A stretch of 64,000 nt of DNA from Spirochaetaceae bacterium (lineage in GTDB: Bacteria; Spirochaetota; Spirochaetia; DSM-27196; PWMO01). The translations under genes and the position numbers were made by a program. The notes beneath the pieces are model-generated. The model worked only from the letters and a program-made list of their open reading frames with translations, was not told the DNA's origin and searched no databases. Below, piece by piece: positions 53,635-63,909 of the stretch (the first letter of the stretch is position 1; each line of letters begins with the position of its first letter). The stretch covers positions 88,594 to 152,593 of the forward strand of contig RECP01000052.1 of the NCBI GenBank assembly GCA_007693945.1, read 5' to 3'.

Positions 53635-55544
53635 GCTGGTACATACACAATCGGCCGCTGCTGACGGAGCGCGCCGACCTTTCCGCAGCCGAGATTGACG
53701 CCTGCGCGATACCGACCGGTTTTGTCGTCCAGGCGGCGGCCGACGGTGAGCCTACCGCTCAGCTTGACGGCAAGATGGTTCACAGCCGCCGTGACCCGCG
53801 TGCGGAGGCGCGCCGGCTTATCCGGTCCTCGTGCGCAGACGGGACGGTTGTCCTCTTTTACGGCGTCGGTCTCGGCTACCACGCGGAGGAGTTTCTTGCG
53901 CATTGCAGCCAGGGGATTGCGGTGATTATCGAACCCGAGCCGGCAATGCTGCGGGCCGCACTCGAAGCCCGCGATGCGCGGCCGCTGCTGAGCGAGGGCC
54001 GTCTTCACTTTCTGGTGGGCCAGCACCCCGACGCACTGGCTGTGATCCTGCGCCGCTACGAGCACCATCGCTGCTCCACCATCAGACTGCGTTCGGTCTA
54101 TGAACGCAATCGCGACTACTATCGTAGTCTGGACGCGGTTCAGGAGCAGTTTGCCGGCCGGCGCGAGATAAACACCAACACCCTGCGCCGCTTTGCCGGA
54201 GTCTGGATTCGCAACCTGTCGCGCAACGTGCCTCTGCTGACCGGCGCCGCGGGCGTAGAGTCGGCCGCGGGGCGTTTCGAAGGTATTCCCGCGCTCTTGC
54301 TGGCCGCCGGCCCGAGCCTGGATCAGGTGCTGCCGTACATCGAGCAGTTGCGTCAGCGGGCCTTGGTCATCTCCGTGGATACCGCCGCGGCGGCGCTGGC
54401 GGCTGTAGCAGTGGAGCCCGACATACTGGTCGTCGTCGATCCGCAGTGGTGGAACACGCGCCATCTTGATCGTCTGAGTCTGGATGGCACGATAGTTGTG
54501 TCGGAGTCCTCGACTCACCCTCGGGTCTTTCGCCTGCTGCAGGGCAAGACGCTGTTTGCCGCGTCACTGTTTCCGTTGGGCCGCTACCTGGAGCAATCAA
54601 CACGCATCAGCGGAACGTTGGGAGCCGGAGGCTCGGTTGCCACTTCCGCCTGGGACCTGGCTCGGCTGCTCGGCTGCAGACCGGTCTACTGCGCCGGTCT
54701 CGACCTCGGGTTCCCCCGCAATCGGACCCACTGCAGGGGCAGTTTCTTTGAGGAACGGGCCCATACGCTGTCTGAACGTACCCGCCCGGCAGCGCACCAC
54801 GATTTTGCGTACCTCGTTGAGGCCGATCCCTATCCGGTTGAGGCCAATAGCGGCAGCCAGGTGCTCACCGACCGTCGTATGGCCATCTACCACTGGTGGT
54901 TCGCCAACCAGGCCAGAATCCATCGCGATTGTGACAGCCGCAATCTCTCGCCCGACGGTGTGCGCATCGAGGGCTTTGCATATGCCGAGGTGGACGAGCT
55001 GCTGTCACGTCCCGACCGGCGCAGCGACATCGACCGTGAACTCGAACGGCTGCGCGTGGATGGCGGCGCCGCGGCGCGCGGGGCCACCGCCGATCAAACG
55101 CTCAGCGCACGGCTGCAATTGCTGACAGAAGAGTTGCAACGTGTCGGTAGTCTGTGTCGCACCGGCATCAGCGCGATTGAACGAACCCGGTGCGGCCTTC
55201 AGACGGTCACCGCTGCGCTTGCGCAACTCGATCAGGTTGACCGCTTGCTGCGTAGCTCGCAGAACCGCGATATCGCCGGCTTCATGGTGCAGGATGTACT
55301 GGCAGATGTGATGCGAGGCGATACCGCGGCCAATGGTCCCCGGGCGGCAACGACGCGCGCACCCTCTGCGCCACCGCTGGAAGTCGCATCGGCCGCCACG
55401 CCGCCGACAAGCGCGGACCCGCTTCAGAGCTCCGAACGCATTTACGCCGCACTGCTGCGTTCGGCGGATTTCCACGTACGCGAGCTTCAGCAGGCCCTGC
55501 GGCGGTTGTCAGCGCTGCCGGGGCGGGACGTGGAATCGAGTTGA
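53631..55544 (+). CDS. DUF115 / motility-accessory-factor (Maf)-like putative glycosyltransferase
   Basis: It shows LLLAAGPSLD, VISVDTAAAAL...PDILVVVDPQ, and GGSVATSAWDLARLLGCRPVYCAGLDLGF, the blocks I associate with PF01973. The ATG overlaps the PBP stop (ATGA). Confidence 0.65.
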   Translation: MSWYIHNRPLLTERADLSAAEIDACAIPTGFVVQAAADGEPTAQLDGKMVHSRRDPRAEARRLIRSSCADGTVVLFYGVGLGYHAEEFLAHCSQGIAVIIEPEPAMLRAALEARDARPLLSEGRLHFLVGQHPDALAVILRRYEHHRCSTIRLRSVYERNRDYYRSLDAVQEQFAGRREINTNTLRRFAGVWIRNLSRNVPLLTGAAGVESAAGRFEGIPALLLAAGPSLDQVLPYIEQLRQRALVISVDTAAAALAAVAVEPDILVVVDPQWWNTRHLDRLSLDGTIVVSESSTHPRVFRLLQGKTLFAASLFPLGRYLEQSTRISGTLGAGGSVATSAWDLARLLGCRPVYCAGLDLGFPRNRTHCRGSFFEERAHTLSERTRPAAHHDFAYLVEADPYPVEANSGSQVLTDRRMAIYHWWFANQARIHRDCDSRNLSPDGVRIEGFAYAEVDELLSRPDRRSDIDRELERLRVDGGAAARGATADQTLSARLQLLTEELQRVGSLCRTGISAIERTRCGLQTVTAALAQLDQVDRLLRSSQNRDIAGFMVQDVLADVMRGDTAANGPRAATTRAPSAPPLEVASAATPPTSADPLQSSERIYAALLRSADFHVRELQQALRRLSALPGRDVESS

Positions 55545-55569
55545 CCTCCGGCGCAAGCCGGTTCATACT
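55541..55569 (+). promoter_or_regulatory. Candidate promoter TTGACC-17-CATACT for the acyl-CoA mutase operon
   Basis: The -35 overlaps the stop codon of the Maf-like gene. It is followed by a leader of about 32 nt. Confidence 0.4.
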
Positions 55570-55607
55570 ATGGCAGTACGGCAATCTACCCCCCAAAGTG
55601 AGCATTT

Positions 55608-57293
55608 ATGAGTGATCAAATTGATTTTGAGCCGATTGAAACGGCCCGCCAACAGTGGCAGGAAACGGTTCTTGCAGATGCGCTGTCAAAGCATGCACAG
55701 CGTGACGAGGAAGGCTTGCGTACCGCGTCCGGTATCCCGCTGCAACCGCTGTACGACCCGTCCGACGACGATCCGTGTACCTACCTTGAGCGCCAGGGGT
55801 TCCCAGGCTGCTTCCCGTTCACGCGCGGCGTGCAGCCAACGATGTACCGCGGACGCTACTGGACCATGCGGCAGTACGCCGGTTTTGGTACGGCGGAACA
55901 GACCAACGCACGATTCCGCTACCTGCTGGAACAGGGGCAGACCGGTCTTTCGGTGGCCTTCGACCTGCCGACGCAGGTGGGTCTCGATTCGGATCATGCG
56001 CTGGCGCAGGGAGAAGTCGGCAAGGTGGGAGTGGCAATCGACACGTTGCGAGACATGGAGACCCTGCTGGCCGGTATCCCGCTCGACAAAGTCTCGACGT
56101 CGATGACCATAAACGCGCCCGCCGCGGTACTGCTGGCGATGTATATCGTCGTCGCGGAGTCGCAGGATGTTGACTGGTCGGTGCTGCGCGGTACAATCCA
56201 GAACGACATCCTCAAAGAGTACGTTGCACGCGGCACCTACATCTTCCCTCCCGACCCTTCGATGCGTCTGATCCGCAACACCTTTGCGTTTTGCTCGCAC
56301 CGGTTACCCAAATGGAACAGTATCAGCGTCTCCGGCTACCATATCCGCGAGGCGGGCGCCACTGCGGTTCAGGAGGTAGCGTTTACGCTGGCTGACGCCA
56401 TAGCGTACGTCGAAACGGCGCTCGGGGCCGGGCTGAACGTCGACGAGTTTGCCGGAGGGCTGTCGTTCTTCTTCAGCGCCGGCAGCGATCTGCTGGAAGA
56501 GGTCGCCAAGTTCCGCGCGGCACGCCGTATGTGGGCGCACATCATGAAACAACGCTTCGGCGCACAATCCGCGCGTTCGATGACGATGCGCTTTCACTCG
56601 CAGACAAGCGGCGCCGCGCTGACCGCGCAGCAACCCGACAACAACGTAGCCCGCGTCACGCTGCACGCTCTGGCCGCGGTGCTGGGAGGAACCCAGAGCC
56701 TGCACACCAATTCGCGCGACGAAGCGCTGGCTCTGCCGAGCGAGGATTCAGTACAGATCGCGCTGCGCACGCAGCAGATTCTGGCGCATGAGTCCGGAGT
56801 GGCCAACACCGTCGACCCGCTTGCCGGGTCCTACGTGGTCGAAGCGCTTACCGACGAGATCGAGTCGCGCGCGCTGCGCTATCTCGAGCAGATCGAGAGC
56901 ATGGGCGGCATGGTCCGGGCCATCGAAAGCGGTTACGTGCAGCGCGAAATCGCCGACGCAGCCTACACCTACCAGCGTCAACTCGAGGAAGGAAAGCGCG
57001 TCGTCGTGGGCCTGAACCGCTACGTGAGCACGCAGGAACCGCGGCGTGACATCATGCGTCATGACCCCGGGCTGTACGACGCCCAACTGGCACGCCTTTC
57101 AGAGGTGCGCTTCGAACGTGACGAACTCGCGGTACTACACGCACTACGCAGCCTGCGTAGTGCTGCGCAGCAGGAAGACCAGAATCTGATGTATCCGATT
57201 ATCGACTGCGTACGCCGCTACGCGACCCTGGGAGAGATCTGCGGCGAGCTGCGTTCCGTGTTCGGCGAGCATACACAGCAGGGTGTGGTGTAG
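55608..57293 (+). CDS. Methylmalonyl-CoA mutase family, large catalytic (N-terminal domain) subunit
   Basis: [38 protein letters not shown], and [11 protein letters not shown]-type blocks. Assigning it to methylmalonyl-CoA rather than another acyl-CoA rests on the adjacent epimerase. Confidence 0.85.
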   Translation: MSDQIDFEPIETARQQWQETVLADALSKHAQRDEEGLRTASGIPLQPLYDPSDDDPCTYLERQGFPGCFPFTRGVQPTMYRGRYWTMRQYAGFGTAEQTNARFRYLLEQGQTGLSVAFDLPTQVGLDSDHALAQGEVGKVGVAIDTLRDMETLLAGIPLDKVSTSMTINAPAAVLLAMYIVVAESQDVDWSVLRGTIQNDILKEYVARGTYIFPPDPSMRLIRNTFAFCSHRLPKWNSISVSGYHIREAGATAVQEVAFTLADAIAYVETALGAGLNVDEFAGGLSFFFSAGSDLLEEVAKFRAARRMWAHIMKQRFGAQSARSMTMRFHSQTSGAALTAQQPDNNVARVTLHALAAVLGGTQSLHTNSRDEALALPSEDSVQIALRTQQILAHESGVANTVDPLAGSYVVEALTDEIESRALRYLEQIESMGGMVRAIESGYVQREIADAAYTYQRQLEEGKRVVVGLNRYVSTQEPRRDIMRHDPGLYDAQLARLSEVRFERDELAVLHALRSLRSAAQQEDQNLMYPIIDCVRRYATLGEICGELRSVFGEHTQQGVV

Positions 57294-57302
57294 GAGACAG
57301 CG

Positions 57303-57710
57303 ATGGCAAAGCGAGTGCGAATTCTGATCGCCAAACCGGGTCTCGACGGACATGACCGTGGCGCCAAGTTCATTGCGCGTGGCCTGCGCGACGCGGGCTA
57401 TGAGGTGATCTACACCGGTATCCGTCAGACCCCCGAAAGTATCGTGGCAACTGCCATCCAGGAGGATGTCGGGTTCATCGGTCTGAGTCTGCTCTCCGGG
57501 GCGCACAACGAGCTCTTCCCCCGCATCGTGGAACTCCTGCGCCGGGAAAACGCCGAGGACATCGTGGTCTTCGGGGGCGGGATCATTCCCGACGAGGACA
57601 TCCCTCAGCTGAAGTCCGCGGGCCTCCGAGCGATCTTTACCCCCGGAGCCACCTTGAAACAGATCATTGAGTTCATCGAATCGTGTCAGCACGACCGCAA
57701 CCTCAGCTGA
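57303..57710 (+). CDS. Methylmalonyl-CoA mutase small subunit, B12-binding domain
   Basis: [34 protein letters not shown] carries the DxHxxG cobalamin-binding motif. Confidence 0.9.
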   Translation: MAKRVRILIAKPGLDGHDRGAKFIARGLRDAGYEVIYTGIRQTPESIVATAIQEDVGFIGLSLLSGAHNELFPRIVELLRRENAEDIVVFGGGIIPDEDIPQLKSAGLRAIFTPGATLKQIIEFIESCQHDRNLS

Positions 57711-58750
57711 CCGGGCTGGCGCAGCAGGTACGCAGCGGCAGCGCTCGCGCTGTGGCACGGGCCATTACACTGATCGAGTCCGGCGGCAGCGAAGGTGAGG
57801 CGCTGATCGATCTGCTCTACCCGCACTTCGGCCCTGCGCGCATTATCGGCGTGACCGGTCCTCCGGGGGCCGGCAAAAGCACGCTGGTTGACGGACTGCT
57901 GACGGAGTTACGGCGCCGCGGTGAGCGCGTCGGTGTACTGGCGGTCGATCCGAGTTCGCCGTTCTCTGGCGGAGCTCTGTTGGGCGACCGTTTGCGCATG
58001 GCGCGCCATGCCGCCGACAGTGGTGTGTTCATCCGATCGATGGCTACACGCGGCCACTGGGGCGGCCTGACGCTGGTAACAACTGAAGCCGCAGGTGTTC
58101 TGCAAGCAGCCGGATTCACGACCGTTATCATTGAAACCGTCGGGGTCGGTCAGAGCGAAGTTGAAATCATGTCGGCGGCCGACGTGGTGCTGGTTGTGCT
58201 GGTACCCGGAGCCGGAGATGATATCCAGGCGCTGAAGGCCGGGATTATGGAGATCGGCGACATATACGTGGTCAACAAGTCCGATCTGCCGGGCGCTGCC
58301 GAACTGGCCGCGGTACTGCGCTTTGCATTGCGCGGCGAGGGGAATCCGGCTCTCGATGAGTCCGAACACCCGGATTCCGGACACGCCGACAGCGGCGATC
58401 CGAATACACTGCCTGGACCGGTTCACGCACCACAGATTCGTCTTGCTTCGGCACTTAACGGCAGCGGTCTTGCCGAGCTCATGGTCACGCTTGAGCAGAC
58501 CGAGGCCCGGCTGCAGGCCAGCGGTGAACTCGACCGGCGCCGTCGCCGCCGTAGCGCAACCGAACTTGAACGGATCGCTCAGGCGGCGGTCAGAGGCTGG
58601 CTGGTCGATCGCGGTATCGTGCCGGTTGACCCCGATCAGCTGCTGCGCGAGTTCGAACGGGACAACCGCGGACCACACCGTTTCATCCGCGAACGACTGG
58701 AAGAGGCAATCCGAAACGGAAACAGGCTAAGCGGAGGCGCGTCAAAATGA
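57683..58750 (+). CDS. meaB: Methylmalonyl-CoA mutase-associated G-protein chaperone MeaB/ArgK
   Basis: [40 protein letters not shown], and VNKSDL. Confidence 0.9.
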   Translation: MSARPQPQLTGLAQQVRSGSARAVARAITLIESGGSEGEALIDLLYPHFGPARIIGVTGPPGAGKSTLVDGLLTELRRRGERVGVLAVDPSSPFSGGALLGDRLRMARHAADSGVFIRSMATRGHWGGLTLVTTEAAGVLQAAGFTTVIIETVGVGQSEVEIMSAADVVLVVLVPGAGDDIQALKAGIMEIGDIYVVNKSDLPGAAELAAVLRFALRGEGNPALDESEHPDSGHADSGDPNTLPGPVHAPQIRLASALNGSGLAELMVTLEQTEARLQASGELDRRRRRRSATELERIAQAAVRGWLVDRGIVPVDPDQLLREFERDNRGPHRFIRERLEEAIRNGNRLSGGASK

Positions 58751-59184
58751 TACAGGGTATCGATCATGTAGGAATCGCCGTGCGGTCAATCGAGGCACAG
58801 TTGGAGTTCTATCGCCAGACCCTCGGTCTGCAGCAGGTTCAGATCGAGCTGGTCAATGAGCAACGGGTACGTGTCGCGATCATCCAGATCGGTGACAGCC
58901 GTATCGAGCTGCTGGAACCCACCGCGGACGATAGTCCGATTGCACGGTTCCTGGAGCGCCACGGCGAAGGTATGCACCACCTGGCGCTGGCAACTGAGGA
59001 CATCGACGGTGCGATTTCGACGCTCGTGGATCGCGGTGTAAGGATGATAGACACAACACCGCGATGCGGCGCCGGTGGAACGCAGATTGCGTTCATACAC
59101 CCCAAGTCGGCCGGCGGTGTTCTGACCGAACTCTGTCAACACGGCTCCCAGACGCGGCTTGAAGTTCAGACCAGCGAGGACTGA
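58747..59184 (+). CDS. mce: Methylmalonyl-CoA epimerase (VOC/glyoxalase fold)
   Basis: IDHVGIAVRSIE..., GEGMHHLALATEDID, and AFIHPKSAGGVLTEL. It starts with an ATGA overlap with meaB. Confidence 0.8.
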   Translation: MIQGIDHVGIAVRSIEAQLEFYRQTLGLQQVQIELVNEQRVRVAIIQIGDSRIELLEPTADDSPIARFLERHGEGMHHLALATEDIDGAISTLVDRGVRMIDTTPRCGAGGTQIAFIHPKSAGGVLTELCQHGSQTRLEVQTSED

Positions 59185-59714
59185 AGAACACGTCCCGGAG
59201 CCAGCTCCAGACCACGCGCGAATGCTTCCAGGTTGGGATGATCGACGCCGAAGCGTGTCCGAATTGCCTGACTCACGGAATCCGGCTCGACGACTCCGGT
59301 CATGGTGACAAGCACACCCACCATGCACATATTGGCGGCCTGGGGACGTTTCAGCTCTTCCTCCGCGGTTCTGATAATCGGCAGCGAGAACTGCCGAGCG
59401 TCAACACGCGCGTCCAGCGTGACCAGAGTCTCATCCACGATCAGGATACCACCGGGGCGAATACTCCGGTTCAGTCTCAGATAGGCGTCCTGGTGCAGCG
59501 CAACCAGCACGTGGGCCTGCTCCACCCGCGGATAGTAGATCTCGCTGTTGGCGATCGTCAGATCGGTGCGCGCCAACCCTCCGCGAACCTCGGCGCCGTA
59601 GGATTGCGTCTGGACTGCGTAGCGCCCCTCATGGATTACAACCGCTTCGCCCAGGATTACGCCCGCGGTGATGATGCCCTGACCACCAACGCCGGAAAGG
59701 ATCAGCTTCAGCAT
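59166..59714 (-). CDS. korG: 2-oxoacid:ferredoxin oxidoreductase, gamma subunit
   Basis: MLKLILSGVGGQGIITAGVILGEA. ATG 59714 lies directly after the korB stop. Confidence 0.85.
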   Translation of the reverse strand: MLKLILSGVGGQGIITAGVILGEAVVIHEGRYAVQTQSYGAEVRGGLARTDLTIANSEIYYPRVEQAHVLVALHQDAYLRLNRSIRPGGILIVDETLVTLDARVDARQFSLPIIRTAEEELKRPQAANMCMVGVLVTMTGVVEPDSVSQAIRTRFGVDHPNLEAFARGLELAPGRVLQSSLV

Positions 59715-59715
59715 G

Positions 59716-60570
59716 TCAGACCTCTTTTCTGGCGTCAGCGCCGACCGGCTGACCCTGCTCTTCCACCTCGACTCTGCTCCTGGCAACCATGTCATCGTAC
59801 AGTTCGCAGTATTCCGGTTTGTCCTGGTCCACAAACACACCGCGTGGTACGAGTGACGGATCAAGCTCCAGTTTCCTGGAGTTCAGCGGAACGGTCTTGC
59901 TCTGCAGTTTCTTGAGCATGTCGACCGCGCTGCCTTCCTTGTTTCGGCGGCCGAAATGCGTCGGACATTGGGACAGCACTTCAACCACTGAGAATCCGCG
60001 ATGGCGAATAGCCTGGACCAGCATCTTCTCCAGTTCACGCACGTGAAACGTGGTAGTCCTGGCAACGAAGCTGGCGCCGGCTGCTCGAGACAGCTCGACT
60101 ACGTCAAAGGCATGATCGATGGTGGAATAAGGGGCGGTGGTCGCCTGGATTCCACAGCCTGAAAGCGGGGAGAACTGGCCGCCGGTCATGCCGTAGATCC
60201 GGTTGTTCAGGATGATGGCGGTGATGTCGATGTTACGCCGGGCAGCGTGCAGGAAGTGGTTACCGCCGATCGCCAGTGCGTCACCGTCGCCCATCGGAAC
60301 CAGAATAGTGAGTTCGGGGCGACTGAGCTTCACCCCGGTAGCGAACGCCAGCGCTCGGCCGTGCAGCGTGTGCAAGGTGTGCACGTCGACATAGCCGCTG
60401 ATGCGCGCAGAACAACCGATACCTGAGACCATTACGATCTCGTTCTTGGAGAGTCCCAGCTGTTCCAGAGCGCGCAGCAGCGCATTGAGCACCGTACCGT
60501 GCCCGCAGCCCGGGCACCAGATATGCGGAAAGAACCGTTTACGAATGTAGTTTTCGATTGCCACTGTCAC
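59716..60570 (-). CDS. korB: 2-oxoacid:ferredoxin oxidoreductase, beta (TPP-binding) subunit
   Basis: WCPGCGHG and GDGDALAIGGNHF...NNRIYGMTGGQ. Confidence 0.9.
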   Translation of the reverse strand: MTVAIENYIRKRFFPHIWCPGCGHGTVLNALLRALEQLGLSKNEIVMVSGIGCSARISGYVDVHTLHTLHGRALAFATGVKLSRPELTILVPMGDGDALAIGGNHFLHAARRNIDITAIILNNRIYGMTGGQFSPLSGCGIQATTAPYSTIDHAFDVVELSRAAGASFVARTTTFHVRELEKMLVQAIRHRGFSVVEVLSQCPTHFGRRNKEGSAVDMLKKLQSKTVPLNSRKLELDPSLVPRGVFVDQDKPEYCELYDDMVARSRVEVEEQGQPVGADARKEV

Positions 60571-60579
60571 ACTCCGTGG

Positions 60580-61743
60580 TCACACTCCATGTCCGTCTAC
60601 CAGGCGAATCACGGTACCGATGTCTTTGGGCTTTATGAACTCACCGTCGACCCGATTCGCCAGGAATACCCGTTCGGGGGCACGCACGGCTGCACGAACC
60701 TGGTCACGGATCTGTCCCATGTTCATCTCCACCACGATCACGATCCGCGCCTTTTCGCAAACGTCCCGCACCAGCTGACCAGGAAACGGCCACAGCGTCT
60801 CGAGCTCCAGCACGCCGACTCGATGACCGCTATCCCTTCCCTTGCGGGCTACCTGCATTGCGGAGCGAGCCGGCGTTCCGTACGAGATCAGTACCGTATC
60901 GGCGTCTTCAAGTGCGTACTCGCGATGCGACTCCAGTTCGCCGGTGCGCACAACGATTTTATCGTGCAGATGGTGCAGCAGGTCGTTGACTGTAACGGGA
61001 TCGGTGGAGGGAAAGCCCCACATGTCGTGATACAGGCCCGTGACGTTGTACCGATGCACCCCGCCGAAGTCGGACATCGGCAAGCGGCCGTCCGACCGCG
61101 CCAGATAGGGCCGATAGTCAACCCCGCCGGGAACAAACGTGCGTAGCCGCTCAACCAGCGGCAGATCGCCGGGTTCCGGCAGCGTGAGGCGCTCGCGCAT
61201 GTGTGCCAGCAATTCGTCGTACAGAACGATAACCGGCGAACGATAGGTTTCCGCCAGGTTGAAGGCCCGCACGGTTGCCTCAAAGAGCGCCTGGTGAGTT
61301 GAAGCGGTAAGCGCGATGATGGCGTGATCGCCGTGAGTACCCCAGCGCGCCTGATTGACATCACCCTGGCTTCCCTGGGTCGGCAATCCGGTTGACGGTC
61401 CCCCGCGCATCACGTTTACGATCACGCACGGAATCTCAGCCATGATGGCGTACCCGAGCGCCTCCTGCATCAGCGAAAAACCGGGACCACTTGTTGCGGT
61501 CATAACCTTGCGCCCGGTCAGGGAGGCGCCGATGATGGCGCACATCGAGGAGATCTCATCCTCCATCTGGATGAATCTACCGCCGTTCGCCGGCAGCCGC
61601 ACGCTCATTTCTTCAGCAATCTCCGACGACGGCGTGATCGGATAGCCTGCGTAGAATGACACCCCGGCGTACAGAGCGCCTTCCACGCACGCCTGATTGC
61701 CGTGCACAAACAGCGTACGTTCACTCATGGTTGCCGTTCCCAT
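60580..61743 (-). CDS. korA: 2-oxoacid:ferredoxin oxidoreductase, alpha subunit
   Basis: GNQACVEGALYAGVSFYAGYPITPSSEI. The start is either ATG 61743 or ATG 61728, both overlapping korD. Confidence 0.9.
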   Translation of the reverse strand: MGTATMSERTLFVHGNQACVEGALYAGVSFYAGYPITPSSEIAEEMSVRLPANGGRFIQMEDEISSMCAIIGASLTGRKVMTATSGPGFSLMQEALGYAIMAEIPCVIVNVMRGGPSTGLPTQGSQGDVNQARWGTHGDHAIIALTASTHQALFEATVRAFNLAETYRSPVIVLYDELLAHMRERLTLPEPGDLPLVERLRTFVPGGVDYRPYLARSDGRLPMSDFGGVHRYNVTGLYHDMWGFPSTDPVTVNDLLHHLHDKIVVRTGELESHREYALEDADTVLISYGTPARSAMQVARKGRDSGHRVGVLELETLWPFPGQLVRDVCEKARIVIVVEMNMGQIRDQVRAAVRAPERVFLANRVDGEFIKPKDIGTVIRLVDGHGV

Positions 61744-62002
61744 TGTCGTACACCAGCGTTATTGCGAGGTCGGGGCAGATGCGCTCACACAGTTCGCACG
61801 ATATGCACGCCTCAACCCGTACCGCTTCAGCGCGGTCGCGTTCTCCCGCAACAAACACATCCCTGGGACAGAACTCGATGCAAACGCCGCAGCTCTTGCA
61901 CCATTGATGGTTTACGTTGATTTCAACTACACGGGCCTTTGCCACCCCTGCCTCCGGATATGCAGACCCGCGCGACTGAACACGCAGGCCGGCCGAGACC
62001 AT
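61721..62002 (-). CDS. korD: 2-oxoacid:ferredoxin oxidoreductase, delta subunit (2x[4Fe-4S] ferredoxin)
   Basis: The cluster motifs are CKSCGVCIEFCP and CISCELCERICP. ATG 62002 follows GGAGGTGAGG. Confidence 0.85.
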   Translation of the reverse strand: MVSAGLRVQSRGSAYPEAGVAKARVVEINVNHQWCKSCGVCIEFCPRDVFVAGERDRAEAVRVEACISCELCERICPDLAITLVYDNGNGNHE

Positions 62003-62127
62003 AGACCTCACCTCCGGTATGAATAGCACTGCTACTCATATCTTCGGAAAGACTCGGTATCCACTCGACCGTTGTTTTGCTACCGGCACATCCCGAATAC
62101 CTTACCGATGGTATGCGCTATATCCTC

Positions 62128-62156
62128 AGTATATCACGCTTTCGTGCAGACACGAA
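62128..62156 (-). promoter_or_regulatory. Promoter TTCGTG-17-(TGA)TATACT for korDABG
   Basis: Read on the minus strand, with an extended -10 (TGATATACT). It is followed by a leader of about 120 nt. Confidence 0.45.
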
Positions 62157-62205
62157 GAACCGATTACAGAAAAGGATCAAAAAGGAGGAAATCGGGCCGG
62201 GGTTC

Positions 62206-63360
62206 TCAGTGCGCCGGGTTGCGGATGCACGCCTCGAAGATCATTGCAGCGTAGAGTCGGGCAGCTTCACGTACCTCGCTGAGCTCAACGTGCTCGTTCC
62301 GTGTATGCGCCACTTCAAGCCGCCCGGGTCCGCAGACCATCGTCAGCGCGCCCCGGCGCTGGAAGTACGACGCATCAGAATGCGAACGGAACACCGCCGG
62401 CTGCCACGCCAGACCCCGCGCATCGAAGGCCGCCCGCAACGGCGGCAGCAGATCCGAGTCATGTTGCCCGGAAAAACCCGGCGCCCAGAAAAGCCGTTCA
62501 TACTGCAGGGCGGTTGCACGGTTCGTCGCCTGTGCCCGTGTTCGAGCCTGATCGATGAGGTCCTCGATCTCGTCCGGCCCGCTCACGGGAGGCACATGAA
62601 CGTCCAGCAGTGCTTCGCAGCTGTCCGCCACTACGAACCCACCGGCACCGCCCGAGATTTCGCGCGGATTGACCACCATCCCGCGCGGCGTGTCGGCGCC
62701 GCCGGCAACGTCGAGAATCTCCATCATCCACGCCAGCATATCGTGAATCGCACTGGCACCAAACTCAGGCAGCGCGGCGTGCGCCTGAGTTCCCCGCGCG
62801 CTCAGTCGACATTCGTAGTAACCGTAATGGTCGAGACACGGCGCCAGGCCCGTCGGCTCACCGACAACCGTCAGCGGTGCGTCCAGATGCTCGCGCAGTG
62901 TCTGTGCTCCGTCACCGTACTCCTCCTCGCCTACTACCAGCGCCACCGAAAGCCCGCGCTGCAGCTCGACGCCCGACTCTACGGTCGCCACGACCGCCTC
63001 CACCGCTGCGGCACATGCGCCCTTCATGTCGGCGCTGCCAAGGCCGTACAGTATGTCGCCTTCGAGCCTGGTATCCTGCTCTTCATCCGAGTAACCCACG
63101 GTATCCACATGCCCCACCCACAGCAGCTCAGCAGGCCCCGGCCCAAGCGAAACCACCAGGTTTCCATGAGACGAGCCGTCCTGTCGCTCGGCAACCGGCT
63201 GACGCTGAAAGGCGATCCCCCCGGCCGCCAGACGATCGGCAAAGATAGCCATCGCCGGTTCCTCGGCATACGACGGGCTGTACTGATCGACGGCATCAAT
63301 CAGCAGTTGCGTGAGCCGCTCGTCATTGATGTTGGACAGAATATCGCTCAGCACAGCCAC
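62206..63360 (-). CDS. M20-family metallopeptidase (ArgE/DapE/CPG2-like deacylase)
   Basis: WVGHVDTV, GLGSADMKG, and VVGEEEYGDG are metal-ligand blocks of the M20 family. Confidence 0.75.
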   Translation of the reverse strand: MAVLSDILSNINDERLTQLLIDAVDQYSPSYAEEPAMAIFADRLAAGGIAFQRQPVAERQDGSSHGNLVVSLGPGPAELLWVGHVDTVGYSDEEQDTRLEGDILYGLGSADMKGACAAAVEAVVATVESGVELQRGLSVALVVGEEEYGDGAQTLREHLDAPLTVVGEPTGLAPCLDHYGYYECRLSARGTQAHAALPEFGASAIHDMLAWMMEILDVAGGADTPRGMVVNPREISGGAGGFVVADSCEALLDVHVPPVSGPDEIEDLIDQARTRAQATNRATALQYERLFWAPGFSGQHDSDLLPPLRAAFDARGLAWQPAVFRSHSDASYFQRRGALTMVCGPGRLEVAHTRNEHVELSEVREAARLYAAMIFEACIRNPAH

Positions 63361-63381
63361 ACCGGACCTCCTCGCCTGAGC

Positions 63382-63909
63382 TCAGCCTTCTCTGCGCCGC
63401 CGTTTGTAGCTGGGCAAATTCGTCAGATTTCTGCTCATATAGACGTGCCGGACCGCCTTGCCGTAGCCCTGTTGCCGGAAAAACCGGATCGCACCTTCAT
63501 TCTCGGCGGCAGTATCGACCATCATCATACGCGCACCCTCGTCAATGCACTGCTGCGTAAACCGGTCGACCAGCCTGCGGGCAATGCCGAGTCGCCGAAA
63601 CGCCGGGTCGGTGCCTATCCACAGCAAGTAGCCATACTTCCACGCACTGCGCCGCTTCTCGATCAGCGTACCCAGCGCGAACCCCGCAATCCGTCCGTCA
63701 AGGTCGGCCACAAAGCAGAAGTCACCGTCGGAGGCAAACAGCCCCACCAACTCGTACTCGTCCCAGGTACGGTAGAGGCTTGGCCATTTATCAGCCGTAA
63801 ACAGCTGCTCGCCGAGCGAGAAAACGCGGTGGATATCCTCCAACTCCATCTCTCGAATTTCGAGGTCCTCAGAGTCGTATGCCGGCCCGATGGCGTCCGA
63901 ACGGCTCAC
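63382..63909 (-). CDS. GNAT-family N-acetyltransferase
   Basis: IGTDPAFRRLGIARRLV...NEGAIRFFRQQGY. It starts at GTG 63909, after GGAG. A TTGACA-17-TATCGT promoter lies at 63964..63992 (minus strand). Confidence 0.75.
   Translation of the reverse strand: MSRSDAIGPAYDSEDLEIREMELEDIHRVFSLGEQLFTADKWPSLYRTWDEYELVGLFASDGDFCFVADLDGRIAGFALGTLIEKRRSAWKYGYLLWIGTDPAFRRLGIARRLVDRFTQQCIDEGARMMMVDTAAENEGAIRFFRQQGYGKAVRHVYMSRNLTNLPSYKRRRREG

Noticed and set aside
55545-55607. A cobalamin riboswitch upstream of the B12-dependent mutase genes.
   Set aside because: The intergenic space is only 63 nt and contains a promoter-like element. No B12-box-like sequence was noticed.
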